Made by a program: the position numbers and the translations under genes. A DNA stretch of 64,000 bases from an uncultured delta proteobacterium (lineage in GTDB: Bacteria; Myxococcota_A; UBA9160; SMWR01), in contig CAWHTE010000003.1 of the NCBI GenBank assembly GCA_963832165.1, positions 352,001-416,000 of the forward strand, given 5' to 3'. The number at the start of each line of letters is the position of its first letter. The stretch's first letter is position 1. Of the stretch, positions 29,914-41,700 are shown one piece after another. The notes below the pieces were generated by a model. That model made no database searches. It was not told the DNA's origin and worked only from the letters and a program-made list of their open reading frames with translations.

Positions 29914-30521
29914 TCGGGCGTCTCGAGGGAGTGCTGCTCGAGCGGACGCCGACGCGGGTGCTCGTCGACGTGAACGGCGTGGGCTACGAGGTGTTCGTGC
30001 CGCTGTCGACGTTCGCGGTGCTGCCCGACGTCGGCAAGATCGTCGCGCTGCGCATCCACACCCACGCCCGAGAGGGTGCGCTGCAGCTGTACGGGTTCGC
30101 GACGGCGCCCGAGCGCACCGCCTTCGAGCTCTTGCTGCGCGCGAGCCGCGTCGGACCCAAGCTCGCGCAAACCGTGCTCTCGGGCATCGATCCGGCGGAT
30201 CTCCTGCAGGCGATTCGCGACGGCAACGTCGCGCCGCTGCGCGCGGTGCCGGGCGTGGGCGCCAAGATGGCCGAGCGCATCCTCGTCGAGCTCCGCGATC
30301 GCATCGACGAGCTCGCGTCCGCCGTGCGCTCGTCCGGGGCGACTCCGATGACTGCGTCGGCGGAGCCGGAGGGCCGCGAGCAGGCGCTGTCGGCGCTGCT
30401 CAATCTCGGCTATCCGCGCCAGCATGCGGAGCGCGCGCTCGAACGAGCAGCCGAGACCGTTGCGGAGGATGCGGACGTGGAAACCTGGGTGCGCTCCGCG
30501 CTGCGCGGGCTCGCGCGATGA
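29910..30521 (+). CDS. ruvA: Holliday junction branch migration protein RuvA
   Basis: [44 protein letters not shown]. Confidence 0.97.
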   Translation: MIGRLEGVLLERTPTRVLVDVNGVGYEVFVPLSTFAVLPDVGKIVALRIHTHAREGALQLYGFATAPERTAFELLLRASRVGPKLAQTVLSGIDPADLLQAIRDGNVAPLRAVPGVGAKMAERILVELRDRIDELASAVRSSGATPMTASAEPEGREQALSALLNLGYPRQHAERALERAAETVAEDADVETWVRSALRGLAR

Positions 30522-31568
30522 TCGACTCCGACGCCGCACGCGGCGATCTCTCCCGACGCGCACTGCCGGACGAGGCGCTGTTCGAGGAGCAGCTGCGGCC
30601 GCGGACGCTCTCCGAGATGATCGGTCAGGACCGCCTGCGGGAGAACCTCGCCGTGTTCATCCGCGCCGCGCGCGCGCGCGGAGAGTCGCTCGACCACATC
30701 CTGTTCCACGGTCCACCCGGGCTCGGCAAGACCTCGCTCGCGGGCGCGGTGGCCAACGAGCTCGGGGCGCCGCTGCGCACCACGAGCGGTCCGGCCATCG
30801 AGCGGCCGGGCGATCTCGCCGCGCTGCTCTCGAGCCTCGAGGCGGGCGACGTGCTGTTCATCGACGAGATCCATCGCCTCGCGCCCGCGATCGAGGAGGT
30901 CCTGTATCCGGCGATGGAGGACTTCCAGCTCGACCTGCTGGTCGGCGAGGGGATCGGGGCACGCTCGATGCGACTCGATCTGCCGCGCTTCACGCTCGTC
31001 GGGGCCACGACGCGCGCGGGGCTGCTCACCTCGCCCGCTGCGCGATCGCTTCGGCTGGACCGCGCGCCTCGAGTACTACCCGCCCGCGGACCTGGAGCGG
31101 ATCCTGGTCCGCTCGGGCCGCGTGCTCGGGATCGCACTCGACGCCGAGGCGCTCTGCGAGCTCGCGCGCCGCTCGCGCGGCACCCCGCGCGTGGCGAACC
31201 GCCTGCTGCGGCGGGTTCGCGATTTCGCGGAGGTAGAGGGTGGCGGGCGAGGCGTGCCGGTCGACGGCGCACTCGCGCACTTCGCGCTCGAGCGGCTCGA
31301 CGTGGACCGCGCCGGCTTCGATCGCCTCGACCGCCTCGTGATGAGCGCGATCGTGGAGCGGTTCGCCGGCGGGCCGGTCGGGCTCGAGACGCTCGCCGCC
31401 GCGGTCGGGGAGGACAAGGGAACGCTCGAGGACGTGGTCGAGCCGTTCCTGATCCATGAGGGCTTCCTCGCGCGGACTCCGCGCGGCCGGGTGGCTACGC
31501 CGCTCTGCTACCGGCATCTCGGGCGCGATCTGCCCGACGCGGCTGTCGGCCAGCGCAAGCTCTTCTAG
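30518..31568 (+). CDS. ruvB: Holliday junction helicase RuvB, +1 frameshift near 31035
   Basis: LRP..L...[33 protein letters not shown]; continues [35 protein letters not shown]. Confidence 0.97.
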
Positions 31569-31622
31569 GCCCTCCCGACCCGCGCGAAAGCGAGGGGGGC
31601 AACCCGCCTGGGCAGGCCCTCC

Positions 31623-31650
31623 TAAAACTGTGCCTGCGGGGCGCCGATAG
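31623..31650 (+). promoter_or_regulatory. sigma28/FliA-like promoter candidate 3
   Basis: TAAAA-N15-GCCGATAG, 32 nt before the kinase start. Confidence 0.65.
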
Positions 31651-31682
31651 AAGTCACGGGACCGTCTCGAGGAAGGATCACC

Positions 31683-34244
31683 GTGGCCGGACTGCGCGGG
31701 GTCGGAAAGCTGTTGCTCGTGGTCGTCGCCGCGCTGCTCGCGTCGGCGGGCACGCTCGGCCTCGCGCTCTCCTATGCGTCCGATGTGCCGGCCGTGCTCT
31801 CGGTGCGCGACACCTGCGCAGCGTTCCTTCAGCGCGTGTTGCCGCTCGTGTCGACGAACCTTCTCCCGGGCCACGTGATCGGCTGGCTGACCTCGGCGCC
31901 GTGGCGGTTCCTGCTCGCGCCGGTCGGGTTCATCGCGCTGGGAACGGCGCTCCTGCCGGGCGCAGGCGGTGCTGTGAAAGACGCCGAGGGTCCCTCGGGA
32001 CGCGGCGGCGCAAAGACCGCGTCGCGCGAGGACCGCCGCGGTCAGAAGAAGGCGCGCGACGAGGCCGCGCGGATCGCCAAGAAGGGCATGCCCGCGGAGG
32101 CAGCCGAGCTGTGCTGCGCCGTCGGTCTGCTCGACGACGCGGCGAACTATTTCATCAAAGCGGGACAGATGGAACGCGCGGCGGAGATCCGCCATGACCA
32201 GAACCGCTTCGTCGAGTCCGCGGAGCTCTACGCGAAGGCGGGCAAGCCCGATTCGGCGGGTGCGATCTACGCGCAGCAGGAGAAGTGGGATCTCGCGGCC
32301 GAGGCCTACGTGGTGGCCGGGAACCTCTCGGTGGCCGCCGAGATGTACGAGAAGTCGGGCAACGATCGCCGCTCCGCGCAGTGCTATCGCAAGAGCGACT
32401 TCCCGCGCTATGCCGCCAAGGCCTACATCCGCTGCGAGGAGTGGCTGCTCGCGGCCGAGTGCGTCGAAGAGGTGCTGGTCGAGGAGGGCCGCGGCGCCCA
32501 GGGCGATGCGAAGAAGCACGCCGAGCACATGAAGCTCGTGCGCACCGCGGGCAGTCTCTACGAGCGCGGCGGCCGGATGGACCGCGCGCTCGACGTGCTG
32601 GCGAAGTACGGCGCGCACGTGGCCGCGGCCGAGATCGCGGAGAAGACCGGGAAGATGGAGCGCGCCGCCGAGCTCTATCTCGAGGGCCGCGATCCGGAGC
32701 GAGCCGCGGCCGCATTCGAAGCGGTCGGGCAGGGAGAGCGCGCGGCGCGGATCCTCGCGGATCTGAATCGCGACCGCGGCAACGCCGAAGAGGCCGCGCG
32801 CCAGTTCGAACGCGCCGGCGAGTGGATGGAGGCGGGCGACCTCTACCGCTCCGTCGAGCTCTTCGAGAAGGCCGCCGAGTGCTACGAGCGCTTCGGCGAT
32901 GGCCCGCTGGCCGCCGAGATGTTTGCGCTGTCGGGCAATCACGAGCGCGCCGCGCAGAACTACGAGAAGTCCGGGCGCTATTCCGAGGCCGCGCAGCTGT
33001 TCGCGCAGTCGGGCGACAGCGCGCGGGAGGCCGATCTGCTCGACAAGGCGGGTGAGTGTCTGCGCGCCGGGCGCATCCACCTCGACGCCGGCCGCACCGA
33101 GGAGGCGATCGGCGCGCTGCAGAAGGTGGGCGCGGAGCACGCGGAATTCGCGTCGGCCGCGGCGCTGCTCGGACGGGTGTTCCGCGATCGCGGGCAGTAC
33201 CCGCTCGCGATTGCGAAGCTGCGCGAGGCGGTCGGCCAGCGCGAGATCGACCGCAAGAACGTCGATGCCTTCTTCTGCCTCGCGACGGTCCACGAGGCGG
33301 ACGGAGACTGGCAGGAGGCGGTCGACCTGTACGAGAAGGTGCTCGCCTTCGACTACAGCCACGAAGACACCGCGGCTCGCCTAGAGCGCGCGCGCACGGA
33401 GCTCGCGGCACAGGCGGCTGCGCCCGCACCCGCACCCGCGACTGGATCTTCCACCTCGGGCCGTTACGTGATCCGCGGCACGCTCGGGCGCGGCGGCATG
33501 GGCATCGTCTACAAGGCCGACGACACCGTGCTCGACCGGACCGTGGCGCTCAAGGTGCTGCCCGAGTCGCTCAAGGAGAACCCGCAGGCACTCAAGAACT
33601 TCCTGCGCGAGGCCAAGAGCGCCGCGCAGCTGAACCACCCCAACATCGTGACGGTGTACGACGCGGGCGAACAGGACGGCGTCTACTACATCGCAATGGA
33701 GTTCGTCGACGGGAACACGCTCAAGGACATCATCAAGCGGCGCGGAAAGATCGCCCCGCGCGGGATCGTCCACGTCCTGTCGCAGATGTGCGAGGCCCTC
33801 GCCTTCGCCCACGAGAAGAAGATCGTGCACCGCGACGTGAAGACCGCGAACACGATGTGGACCAAGGACCGCAAGGCCAAGATCATGGACTTCGGCCTCG
33901 CCAAGGTGATCGAAGAGGTCCGCAACCACACCACCGTGGTGTCGGGCACGCCCTTCTACATGAGCCCCGAGCAGACGCTCGGGAAGAACGTCGACCAGCG
34001 CTCGGATCTCTACTCGCTGGGTGTCTCGGTATTCGAGATGGCCACGGGCACTCTGCCGTTCACCGAGGGAAATCTTCCCTATCACCACGTCCACACGCCG
34101 CCGCCGCGGCCTCAGGAGCTCGAGCCCGAGCTGCCCGATCTGCTCGCGGCGATCATCGAGCGCTGCCTGCGCAAGGATCCCGACGAGCGCTATCAGTCGG
34201 CGCGCGAAATCCTCGCCGAGCTCCGGTCCGCCTCGTCGCTTTGA
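31683..34244 (+). CDS. Membrane-anchored Hanks-type Ser/Thr kinase with a long TPR/solenoid region
   Basis: Two N-terminal hydrophobic segments; AAE.YE..G repeats; kinase motifs LGRGGMGIVY, ALKVL, HRDVKTAN, DFGLAK, GTPFYMSPEQ. Confidence 0.93.
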   Translation: MAGLRGVGKLLLVVVAALLASAGTLGLALSYASDVPAVLSVRDTCAAFLQRVLPLVSTNLLPGHVIGWLTSAPWRFLLAPVGFIALGTALLPGAGGAVKDAEGPSGRGGAKTASREDRRGQKKARDEAARIAKKGMPAEAAELCCAVGLLDDAANYFIKAGQMERAAEIRHDQNRFVESAELYAKAGKPDSAGAIYAQQEKWDLAAEAYVVAGNLSVAAEMYEKSGNDRRSAQCYRKSDFPRYAAKAYIRCEEWLLAAECVEEVLVEEGRGAQGDAKKHAEHMKLVRTAGSLYERGGRMDRALDVLAKYGAHVAAAEIAEKTGKMERAAELYLEGRDPERAAAAFEAVGQGERAARILADLNRDRGNAEEAARQFERAGEWMEAGDLYRSVELFEKAAECYERFGDGPLAAEMFALSGNHERAAQNYEKSGRYSEAAQLFAQSGDSAREADLLDKAGECLRAGRIHLDAGRTEEAIGALQKVGAEHAEFASAAALLGRVFRDRGQYPLAIAKLREAVGQREIDRKNVDAFFCLATVHEADGDWQEAVDLYEKVLAFDYSHEDTAARLERARTELAAQAAAPAPAPATGSSTSGRYVIRGTLGRGGMGIVYKADDTVLDRTVALKVLPESLKENPQALKNFLREAKSAAQLNHPNIVTVYDAGEQDGVYYIAMEFVDGNTLKDIIKRRGKIAPRGIVHVLSQMCEALAFAHEKKIVHRDVKTANTMWTKDRKAKIMDFGLAKVIEEVRNHTTVVSGTPFYMSPEQTLGKNVDQRSDLYSLGVSVFEMATGTLPFTEGNLPYHHVHTPPPRPQELEPELPDLLAAIIERCLRKDPDERYQSAREILAELRSASSL

Positions 34245-34248
34245 GTCA

Positions 34249-34286
34249 TGTGACGATCCCGTCACAGCCGTGACGCGTTCGTCACG
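34249..34286 (+). promoter_or_regulatory. Tandem palindromic enhancer (UAS) candidates
   Basis: TGTGACG-ATCC-CGTCACA (34249-66) and CGTGACG-CGTT-CGTCACG (34269-86), centres 20 bp apart. Confidence 0.75.
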
Positions 34287-34330
34287 ATTTCACGGGGTCC
34301 CGACTTGGTTCGCTGTCGAGGCCTCGGCTC

Positions 34331-34359
34331 TAACAGACTGATTTAACTATATAAATCAG
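34331..34359. promoter_or_regulatory. AT-rich IHF-like site
   Basis: Minus strand AATCAG-TCTG-TTA matches WATCARN4TTR; overlaps the inverted repeat CTGATTTA-N6-TAAATCAG. Confidence 0.7.
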
Positions 34360-34382
34360 CGCAGCTGCAGACAGGGCGCACG

Positions 34383-34398
34383 CGGCACGCAGCTTGCT
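34383..34398 (+). promoter_or_regulatory. sigma54 -24/-12 promoter of lpxC
   Basis: CGGCACG-CAGC-TTGCT with exact GG-N10-GC spacing. Confidence 0.8.
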
Positions 34399-34460
34399 TA
34401 GTGCCGGGCAGGCGTTCGCGACAACCCCCTGTGGTCGCGGGCGATCCAGGGGGAAGATTC

Positions 34461-35366
34461 TTGCGTCAGCGAACGATCGCAGAGAAGGTTTCTTGTACAG
34501 GGGTGGGGCTCCACAGCGGAGCTGCTGTGCAGCTCACGCTGCATCCCGCGCGCGCGAACTCGGGCATCGTGTTCGTGCGCTCCGATTTCGGTGAGCCGAT
34601 CGAGATTCCGGCGCGGTCGAGCGAGGTGGTATCGACCGCGCTCGCGACCACGCTCGGCCGCGGCAACGCGACCGTAGGCACCGTCGAGCATCTGCTCGCG
34701 GCGCTGTTCGGCCTCGGCATCGACAACATCCGGATCGAGATCGATGGACCGGAGCTGCCCGTGATGGACGGCAGCTCCGCGCCGTTCGTCTACCTGATCC
34801 GCTCGGCGGGCGTGTTCGAGCAGCGCGAGGAGCGCCAGATGCTGCGCATCCGGCGCAAGATCGAAGTGATCGACGGCGATCGCTCGATCAGCATCGAGCC
34901 CTGCCGCGACTTCCGGGTCAGCTATGCGGTGGATTTCGACCACCCCGCGATCCGGCGCCAGGAGATCGAGCTGGGTCCGTTGTCGCCGGAGCGCTTCGAG
35001 CGCGACATCTCGGCCGCGCGGACGTTCGGATTCCTGCGCGAGGTTCACGCGCTCTGGGACGCCGGCTTCGCGCGCGGCGGCTCGCTCGAGAACACCGTGG
35101 TGCTCGACGACGAGAAGGTCGTGAACCCGGAAGGGCTGCGCTGGTCCGACGAATTCGTCCGGCACAAGGTGCTCGACCTGTGTGGCGACCTGGCGCTGCT
35201 CGGCGTGCCCGTGTGCGGGCACGTCAGCGCAGAGCGCGGCGGCCACGAGATGCACCAGCGGCTGGTGTCCGCGATCCTCGCGAACCCCGATGCGTGGACG
35301 ATCGGGGGCGCGACGGCCAAGCGCGGGCTCGAGCTCGCGCTCTGGTCAGACTCCGTCCGGGTCTGA
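34461..35366 (+). CDS. lpxC: UDP-3-O-acyl-N-acetylglucosamine deacetylase
   Basis: QRTI, GVGLHSG, TVEHLLAA, MDGSS, ARTFGF, GGSLEN, EFVRHKVLD, GGHEMH; TTG start after RBS AGGGGG. Confidence 0.97.
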   Translation: MRQRTIAEKVSCTGVGLHSGAAVQLTLHPARANSGIVFVRSDFGEPIEIPARSSEVVSTALATTLGRGNATVGTVEHLLAALFGLGIDNIRIEIDGPELPVMDGSSAPFVYLIRSAGVFEQREERQMLRIRRKIEVIDGDRSISIEPCRDFRVSYAVDFDHPAIRRQEIELGPLSPERFERDISAARTFGFLREVHALWDAGFARGGSLENTVVLDDEKVVNPEGLRWSDEFVRHKVLDLCGDLALLGVPVCGHVSAERGGHEMHQRLVSAILANPDAWTIGGATAKRGLELALWSDSVRV

Positions 35367-35723
35367 TCGCGAGACGATCTCGCGGAGCTCCGCCCAGCGC
35401 TCCAGCCGGGCGGCCAACTCCGCGCGCGCATCCGCATCGTCGAACGCGACGCCGACGCCCGGGCGGCCGTCTGCGGTCGCGCGGCTCCAGGCCACATGGG
35501 CGTGCAAGCACAGCTCCGTGTCGTCGCCCGGAAGGCAGAAGCGGATCACGAGCGGCGCGCGCGCGGGGAGTGGCGCTGCGGTCGTCACGAACAGTCCTCC
35601 AGCACCGAGCGTCGTGGCGGTTCCCACGACGCACTCGCCCGCTAGCTCGATCGCGACGTCGACGCGCAGCGTGAGCCTCGGGAAGCGGCGCCGCGGCCGC
35701 GCCGCGCGACGAGGTGCGGTCAC
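35346..35723 (-). CDS. Stand-alone PilZ domain protein
   Basis: RRRFPR (RxxxR), TLGAGGLFV (degenerate DxSxxG), VAWSR, GVGVAF. Confidence 0.85.
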   Translation of the reverse strand: MTAPRRAARPRRRFPRLTLRVDVAIELAGECVVGTATTLGAGGLFVTTAAPLPARAPLVIRFCLPGDDTELCLHAHVAWSRATADGRPGVGVAFDDADARAELAARLERWAELREIVSRSDPDGV

Positions 35724-38700
35724 AACCGCCCCAGCCAATCTTCGACGAGGCGCCGCAGAAGAGCGCACGCGACGGGGTCGGCCTCGACGTGCGGTGCGAT
35801 CGGTGCATCGCCGCTGAGCTCGCTCGCGCTATCCGACTCGGCAATCAAAGCGACGATCGCCGTGCGCAGCGGGGTGGCGTCGCGGCGGATCGCCTCGGCG
35901 GCGGCGAGCGCGCGCAGCTCGGTCCGCCACGCGTCGTAGTCCACGCCCGCGAAGTCACGCGGGTTGGCGTCGTCACCGAGGATCCGGCGCAGCTTGCGCA
36001 GCCGCCGGCGCCCGAGCGATTCGGAGAGCGCGTTCACGAGCGTCCCATGCCCGTTCACATGCTCGGGCTGGAGCGCGAGCTGGACCAGCAGCTCGAGCAC
36101 CTCGCGCACGTCGCGGGCCGACTGGGTCAGCAGAACGGCCGCCGACAGCTCCGCCTGGATCGCGAGCACCCGGCCGCGGAAGGCCACGACCGGATCTCCG
36201 TTCGGCGCCGCCGCGGGCGTCGGTGTGCTGCCGCCGAGCGCCCGCGCGAGCTCGCTCGCGGCCTCCATTGCGATCCTGCGCAGCGTCTCGAAGCGCGGAT
36301 CCGCGAGGGCGGTTTCGCGCGTCACCAGCGCGGCGCCGGCTGCGTCGGCCTCGCTCTCGCGGCTCGTGGCGATCCCGAGCGCGCGAAGAATCGCGACTCC
36401 CGCCGCGACCTGTTCCGATTCGGCGCGCGCGCGCGCGATGCGCAGCGCGACGCGCAGGCTACGCGCATGGGCGGGGCGCTTCGTGAGAACGAGCCGGAGG
36501 TGCTCGAGCGCTTCGACCCAGTCCCCCGGCCGATGGCTCAGGAGCTCGGCGAGCGCAGCGCGTGCCTCGATGCGCTCCGGCGCCAGCTCGATCGCGCGGC
36601 GATAGCGCAGTACCGCGCTCTGGAGCTCTTCGAGCGGACCCGCGAGCAGGCGGGCGAGCTGCTCGTACACATCGGCGAGCGCGGGATCGTCGTTGGTCGG
36701 ATGGCGTTCTGCGAACGCGTCGAGCGCCGACGCCGCCTCGCGCCACTCTCCGAAGCCCCGCAGCAGGCGCGCCTGCGCGAGCGCTGCCTCCGCGCAGCGC
36801 GGATCGCACTCGGCAGCGATGCCGAAGCACAGCGCCGCCTCGCGGCGCTCTCCCTTCTGCTCGAGTGCGCGGCCCTGCAGATTCGCGAGCGCCGCGAACT
36901 CGATCGGATCGTGGACGTGCGCCGCCGCGCGGTCGGTGCTCTCGATGGCGGCGTCGAGCCGGCCCGCATCGATCTGAAGACCCGCGAGCGCGATCGAGGC
37001 CGGTGCGAGGCCCGGATCGGCGGCCACTGCGGCGCCCAGATGCCGCACGGCGGATTCCACGCGCCCTCCGCGGCGCAGCTCCCACTGCGCCGCGCGCAGC
37101 AGCCGAAGCGCACGCTCTTCCCCCGTGCGCGCTGCGCGCGCCCACCGCTCGATCGCGGCGATACCGGGGTCGATCCGGTCGAGCGCTTCGAGTACGCGCG
37201 CGGTCGACTCGAGTGCGACCGCATGGAGCGGATCGCAATGCAGCGCGGCGCCATAGTGCGCGAGCGCCTCTTCCGGCTCTCCGGCGAGCTCGAGGCAGCG
37301 ACCGAGCAGTGCGCAGTGCGTGGCGCGCTCCGGATAGCGCTCTCCGCGCGCGAGCCGGCGCACGAGGGCGCTGCGCGCGGCCGGGTGATCGCCGAGAGCG
37401 ACGAGCATCTCGCCGTAGGCGCCGAGCGCGCCGGCGTGGTCCGGATCGATGCGCAGGGCCTCGGCGTAGAAGCTCGCCGCGACTTCGATGCGACCGCGCG
37501 AGCGCGCCGACTCGGCGCCCGTGCGCGCCACGGCCGCACGCGCGGCGGTGTCGAGCGCGCCGGGGGCGATCTCGAGTGCAGCCCGCGCGGCGAGCTCGGC
37601 TTCTTCATGACCGCTCAGCTGTGACGCGAGCCTCGCGCGCGCCGCGTGCGCGGCGGCGTCGTCGGGCGCGCGCGCGACCGCCGTGCGCAGCAGCGCGAGC
37701 GCCTGCTCCGGGTCCTGCTCCGAACACCGCGCCGCCGCATCGCGCAGGCGCGCCGCTGCGAGCGCGGGATGCGGCTCGTACTCGGCGGCGCGGCTCAGGG
37801 CGCGCGCGCTGCCGATCGGATCGCCGGTCGCGGCGCGCAGGCGCGCCGCCGCATCCCAGACCGCCGCGTCCGCGGGCTGACTCGCGATCGCCACCTCGAT
37901 CCGCGCGGTGGCGGCGTCGATGTGCCCGAGCTCCTCGAGCGCCACGGCGAGCCGCAGATGCTCCGGCGCCGCGGCTCCGGAATCGGGTGCGTCGCACCAG
38001 GTCGCGTACGCGGCGACGAACGATTCGCGGTCTCCAACCGCCTCGTGGAGCGCCGCGAGCTGCGCGATCTGCGGCGTGTCGAGGGGATCGATCTCGCCGG
38101 CGCGTCGCAGCGCGTTGCGCGCGCGCTCGGGATCGTCAGCGCGTTCGCTCGCGAGCGAGGTCACGTGTAGCCAGATTTCGCGCCGGCGCTTGGGGTTCGC
38201 CGAGCCCAGGACCTCGACTTCGCTCTCGTACAGATCGAGCGCGCCGCGCCAGTCCTCCATCGCTTCGAGCAGGCGCTCGAGCGCGCGCAGCGCGGCGAAG
38301 TCGGAGGCGTTCGCCTCGAGCGCGGCGGCGTAGCAGCGGCTCGCGCGCGTCGTCGACGAGAGGCGGTGCCAGTGGATGTCCGCGAGTGCGCGCAACAGCG
38401 CACCGCGGTCCGCGGGATCGCGATCTCGTGCGACGTCGAGCTCCCGCTCGAGCGCGTCGGCGACGTCGCGCCAGCGGCCGAGTCGCTCCGCAGTGCGCCT
38501 CATTCCGCGCAGCGCTTCGAGATTCGCCGGCTCGCACTCGAGTGCTTTCCGATAGGCCTCCCACGCCGCGGACGTACGCCGCAGTGTCTCCTCGCGCAAC
38601 AGCGCGAGGTCGAGCCAATCGCGGGCCGCGCCGCCCACGCGGTCGAGCCGGTGCGCGAGCCTGCGCTCGAGCTCGACGGCATTGCCCTCGCTGCGCAGCA

Positions 38701-41700
38701 GGCGCAGGCACGCGAGCTCGACGCGATCGAGCGTGTCGCGGCCGAGCAGCGCGACGTCGTCGGTGTCGAGCAGAACGCGCAGATGGGCGAGCGCGGAATC
38801 GGGCCGCGCCAGCACGGCGTCGTAGGTGAAGGCGAGCTCGCGGCGCAGCTCGCGCCGGCGGTCATCGAACACCGGAGCCGGATCGAGCGCCGCGAGCTCC
38901 CGCTCCGAGTGACGCGCCCACGCGGCGATGCGTCCGTTCGCGCGCTCCGCTGCGGCCAGCGATGCGAGAATCTCCACCTCGGCGGGACTGCCGGCCGGGA
39001 CCAACCGCCGCGCGGCCTCCCAATGCCGGACCGCGGAGCCCGGCTCGCGCAGCTCCTTGGCGTAGAGCGCGGCGAGCTCGCGGTGCAGCGCGAGGTCGGA
39101 TCCGCACTGGGCGAGCAGCGCCTCGAGCGTCGTCGCCCGCCGCGCGTGGTGACCGAGCTCGCGCTCGATCTGCTCGCGGAGCCGCAGCGCGTCCGGAAGG
39201 GCGCCCGCTTCGGCGAGCGCGGACAGCGCGCGACCGGTATCTCCCGCGTCGCGCAGCAGCGTCGCGCGCTCGAGATGACAGCGCGACCGCGCCTCGCCCT
39301 GCGCAAGCGCGGCCTCCGCTTCGAGCGCGCGCACGAGCGCCTCGCGCTGGCCGAGCTCGCGATGCGCGCGTGAGATGCGTCCGAGCACGTCGGCATTCGT
39401 GGGCCACTCGTGGCGCAGTCGCTCGAGCCACGGCAACGCCGCCTCGGGAGAGATCCGCTCCCACGCGACGCGCCCGGCGTGATCGATGAGGGTCGCGCGC
39501 TCGGCCGGCGCGCAATCCTGGAGCCGGCTCGCCTCGCAATCGAGCCATTCGCTCCAACGCTGCTCCTGCTCCAGCAGTGCGCTCTGCTCCCGGCGCAGAT
39601 CGGGAGCCTCGTGCCGCGTGGGATCGGCGTCGAGCGCTGCTCGGTAGCACTGGATCGCAGAGGCCGGCTGAGCGAGCGATCCGGCGAGCAGGCGCGCCTT
39701 GCGCACGCGCCACTCTGCGGACTCGCGCGGAGACTGCGAGGCGCGGATGCGCGCGTCGAGCAGCGCGAGCGCATCGTCGTGGCGTCCGAGCATCTCGGCG
39801 ATCTCCACCGCTGCGTCGAGCGCGGCGCGGTGCCGCGGCGCAAGCTGGAGTACGCGCGATGCGTGGAGCAGTGCGTGGCCGGGCCGAGTCGCGCGCAGCC
39901 GCTCGACCAGCTCGAGGCGCACGGGAATCTCGGCGTTGCCCGCGAGGTGGCGCAGCTCGGCCTCGAGCAGCTCGACGAGCGGCTCGCTGCGGCCCAGCGC
40001 GCGGTACAGCTCGCGCAGCGAGGCTTCGATCGCGCGGTCGCCCGGGCGTTCGGTCAGGGAGCGTCGATAGGCGTCGGCGGCCTCGCTCGGCTGATCGATG
40101 CAGAGATGGGCGTCGCCGAGCCGCGCCCACCAGTTGGCGCGCTCGGCCGGATCCTCGCTCGCGGTCGCGGCGGTCGTGCACAGCTCGATCAGATCGGCGT
40201 GGTATTCGCCGCGCTGGTATGCGGCGGCGAGCGGCTCGGTGACGACCGCGTCGGGCCCGAGCTCTTCGAGCGCGACCTCGAGCGCCGAGATCGAGCCCTC
40301 GAGGTCGTCGAGATGCGCTTCGCGCACGTGCGCAATCTGGAGCCGCAGCGCGGTGCGCCGGCTCGTGGTGTGCGGGTCGGTCGTCGCGTCGATCGCCGCG
40401 AGCCGGGTCTCGAGCAGCGCGACCACGTCCTCGAAGCGCTCCGATTCTTCGTAGGCGTGCTCGAGGAAGTGCGCCGCGGCGGAATGCGCGGGACAGAGGT
40501 CGAACACGCGCTCGTAGTGCTCGCGCGCGCTATCGGGCCGCGCGCACTCGAGGTGGAGCTCGGCGAGGCGCGCGCGCAGCTCGATCTCGCGGGTGTGATC
40601 GGGCCGGTTCGCGAGCTCCGCCTCGAGCGCGCGCACGCTGTCATCGACGCGCTGTGCGCGCTCGTAATGCCCGGCGAGCTTCTGCCAGATGTCGCTGCGC
40701 TGTGCGTCGAGGGCGACCACGCGCTCGAGGTGCTCCACCTCGGCTGCGCCGTCGCCGAGGCGTTCCGCGCATAGTCGAGCGAGGCGTTCGTGCAGGCGCG
40801 CGTCCTCGTCGACCGAGTGGCCCAGCGACCGCAGCCAGTGCTCGCGCAGCGCGGGCCAGCGCTGCAGCTGCTCGAGCAGCCGCTCGCAGTGCTGCTCGGC
40901 GCTGCGCGCCGTGCTCGGATCGGCGCTCTCGGCGGCGAGCCGGGCGAAGATCGCGAGCGCGTCGTCGGGGCGAGCGAGCTGCTCCTCGAGCAACACCGCG
41001 CGCTCGAGCGCGACCTGGCTGCGCGCGGGCTCTTCCGCGCCGCGCTCCTGATCCTCGAGGAACGCGGCGAGCCCAGCGGCATCGCCGCCCTCGCGCAGTG
41101 CGCGCTCGAGCCCCGCACGCGCCTCGCGCGATTCGGGCTCGTGCTCGAGCACGCTCCGATACGCCGCGACGGCGTCTTGCGCCCGACCGAGCTCGTCCAG
41201 CAGCACTTCGGCACGGCGCAGCTCGATGGCTGCGGCCGCGGGGCTGCGCTCACACGCGGCGGCCCGCCGCGCGAGCCGCTGCTCGAGCTCGCCATGGCGG
41301 CTCGCCCGCGCGAGCAGTCCGTCGATCCGATCGCTGATCTCCGCGCCGCCCGCTCCCTCTGACTCGGTGCGGCCGAGCACGGCGATCGCGCGCGCGAGGT
41401 CGCGGCGCTGCTCGAGGATCTGCGCGAGCTCGAGGCGCGTCGCGATGCGCGGCGCTTCGGTCTGGCCTTCTGCGAGATGCTCGAGCGCGGGGATCAGCTC
41501 GTCGATCCGGCCCAGCTCCCGCAGCGCATCGGCGCGGCCTGCGAGTGCGGTCACGTCGTCCGGCGCGATCTCGAGCGCGTGCGCGAACGCGCGTTCGGCG
41601 GCGTCGGGCTTGCCGAGCGAGGTATGCAGCGCGCCGATCCGCTTGCGGTTGGCCGCCTGCTCGCCGGGCTCGAGCAGCCGGTCGAGCGCGCTGAGTGCGG

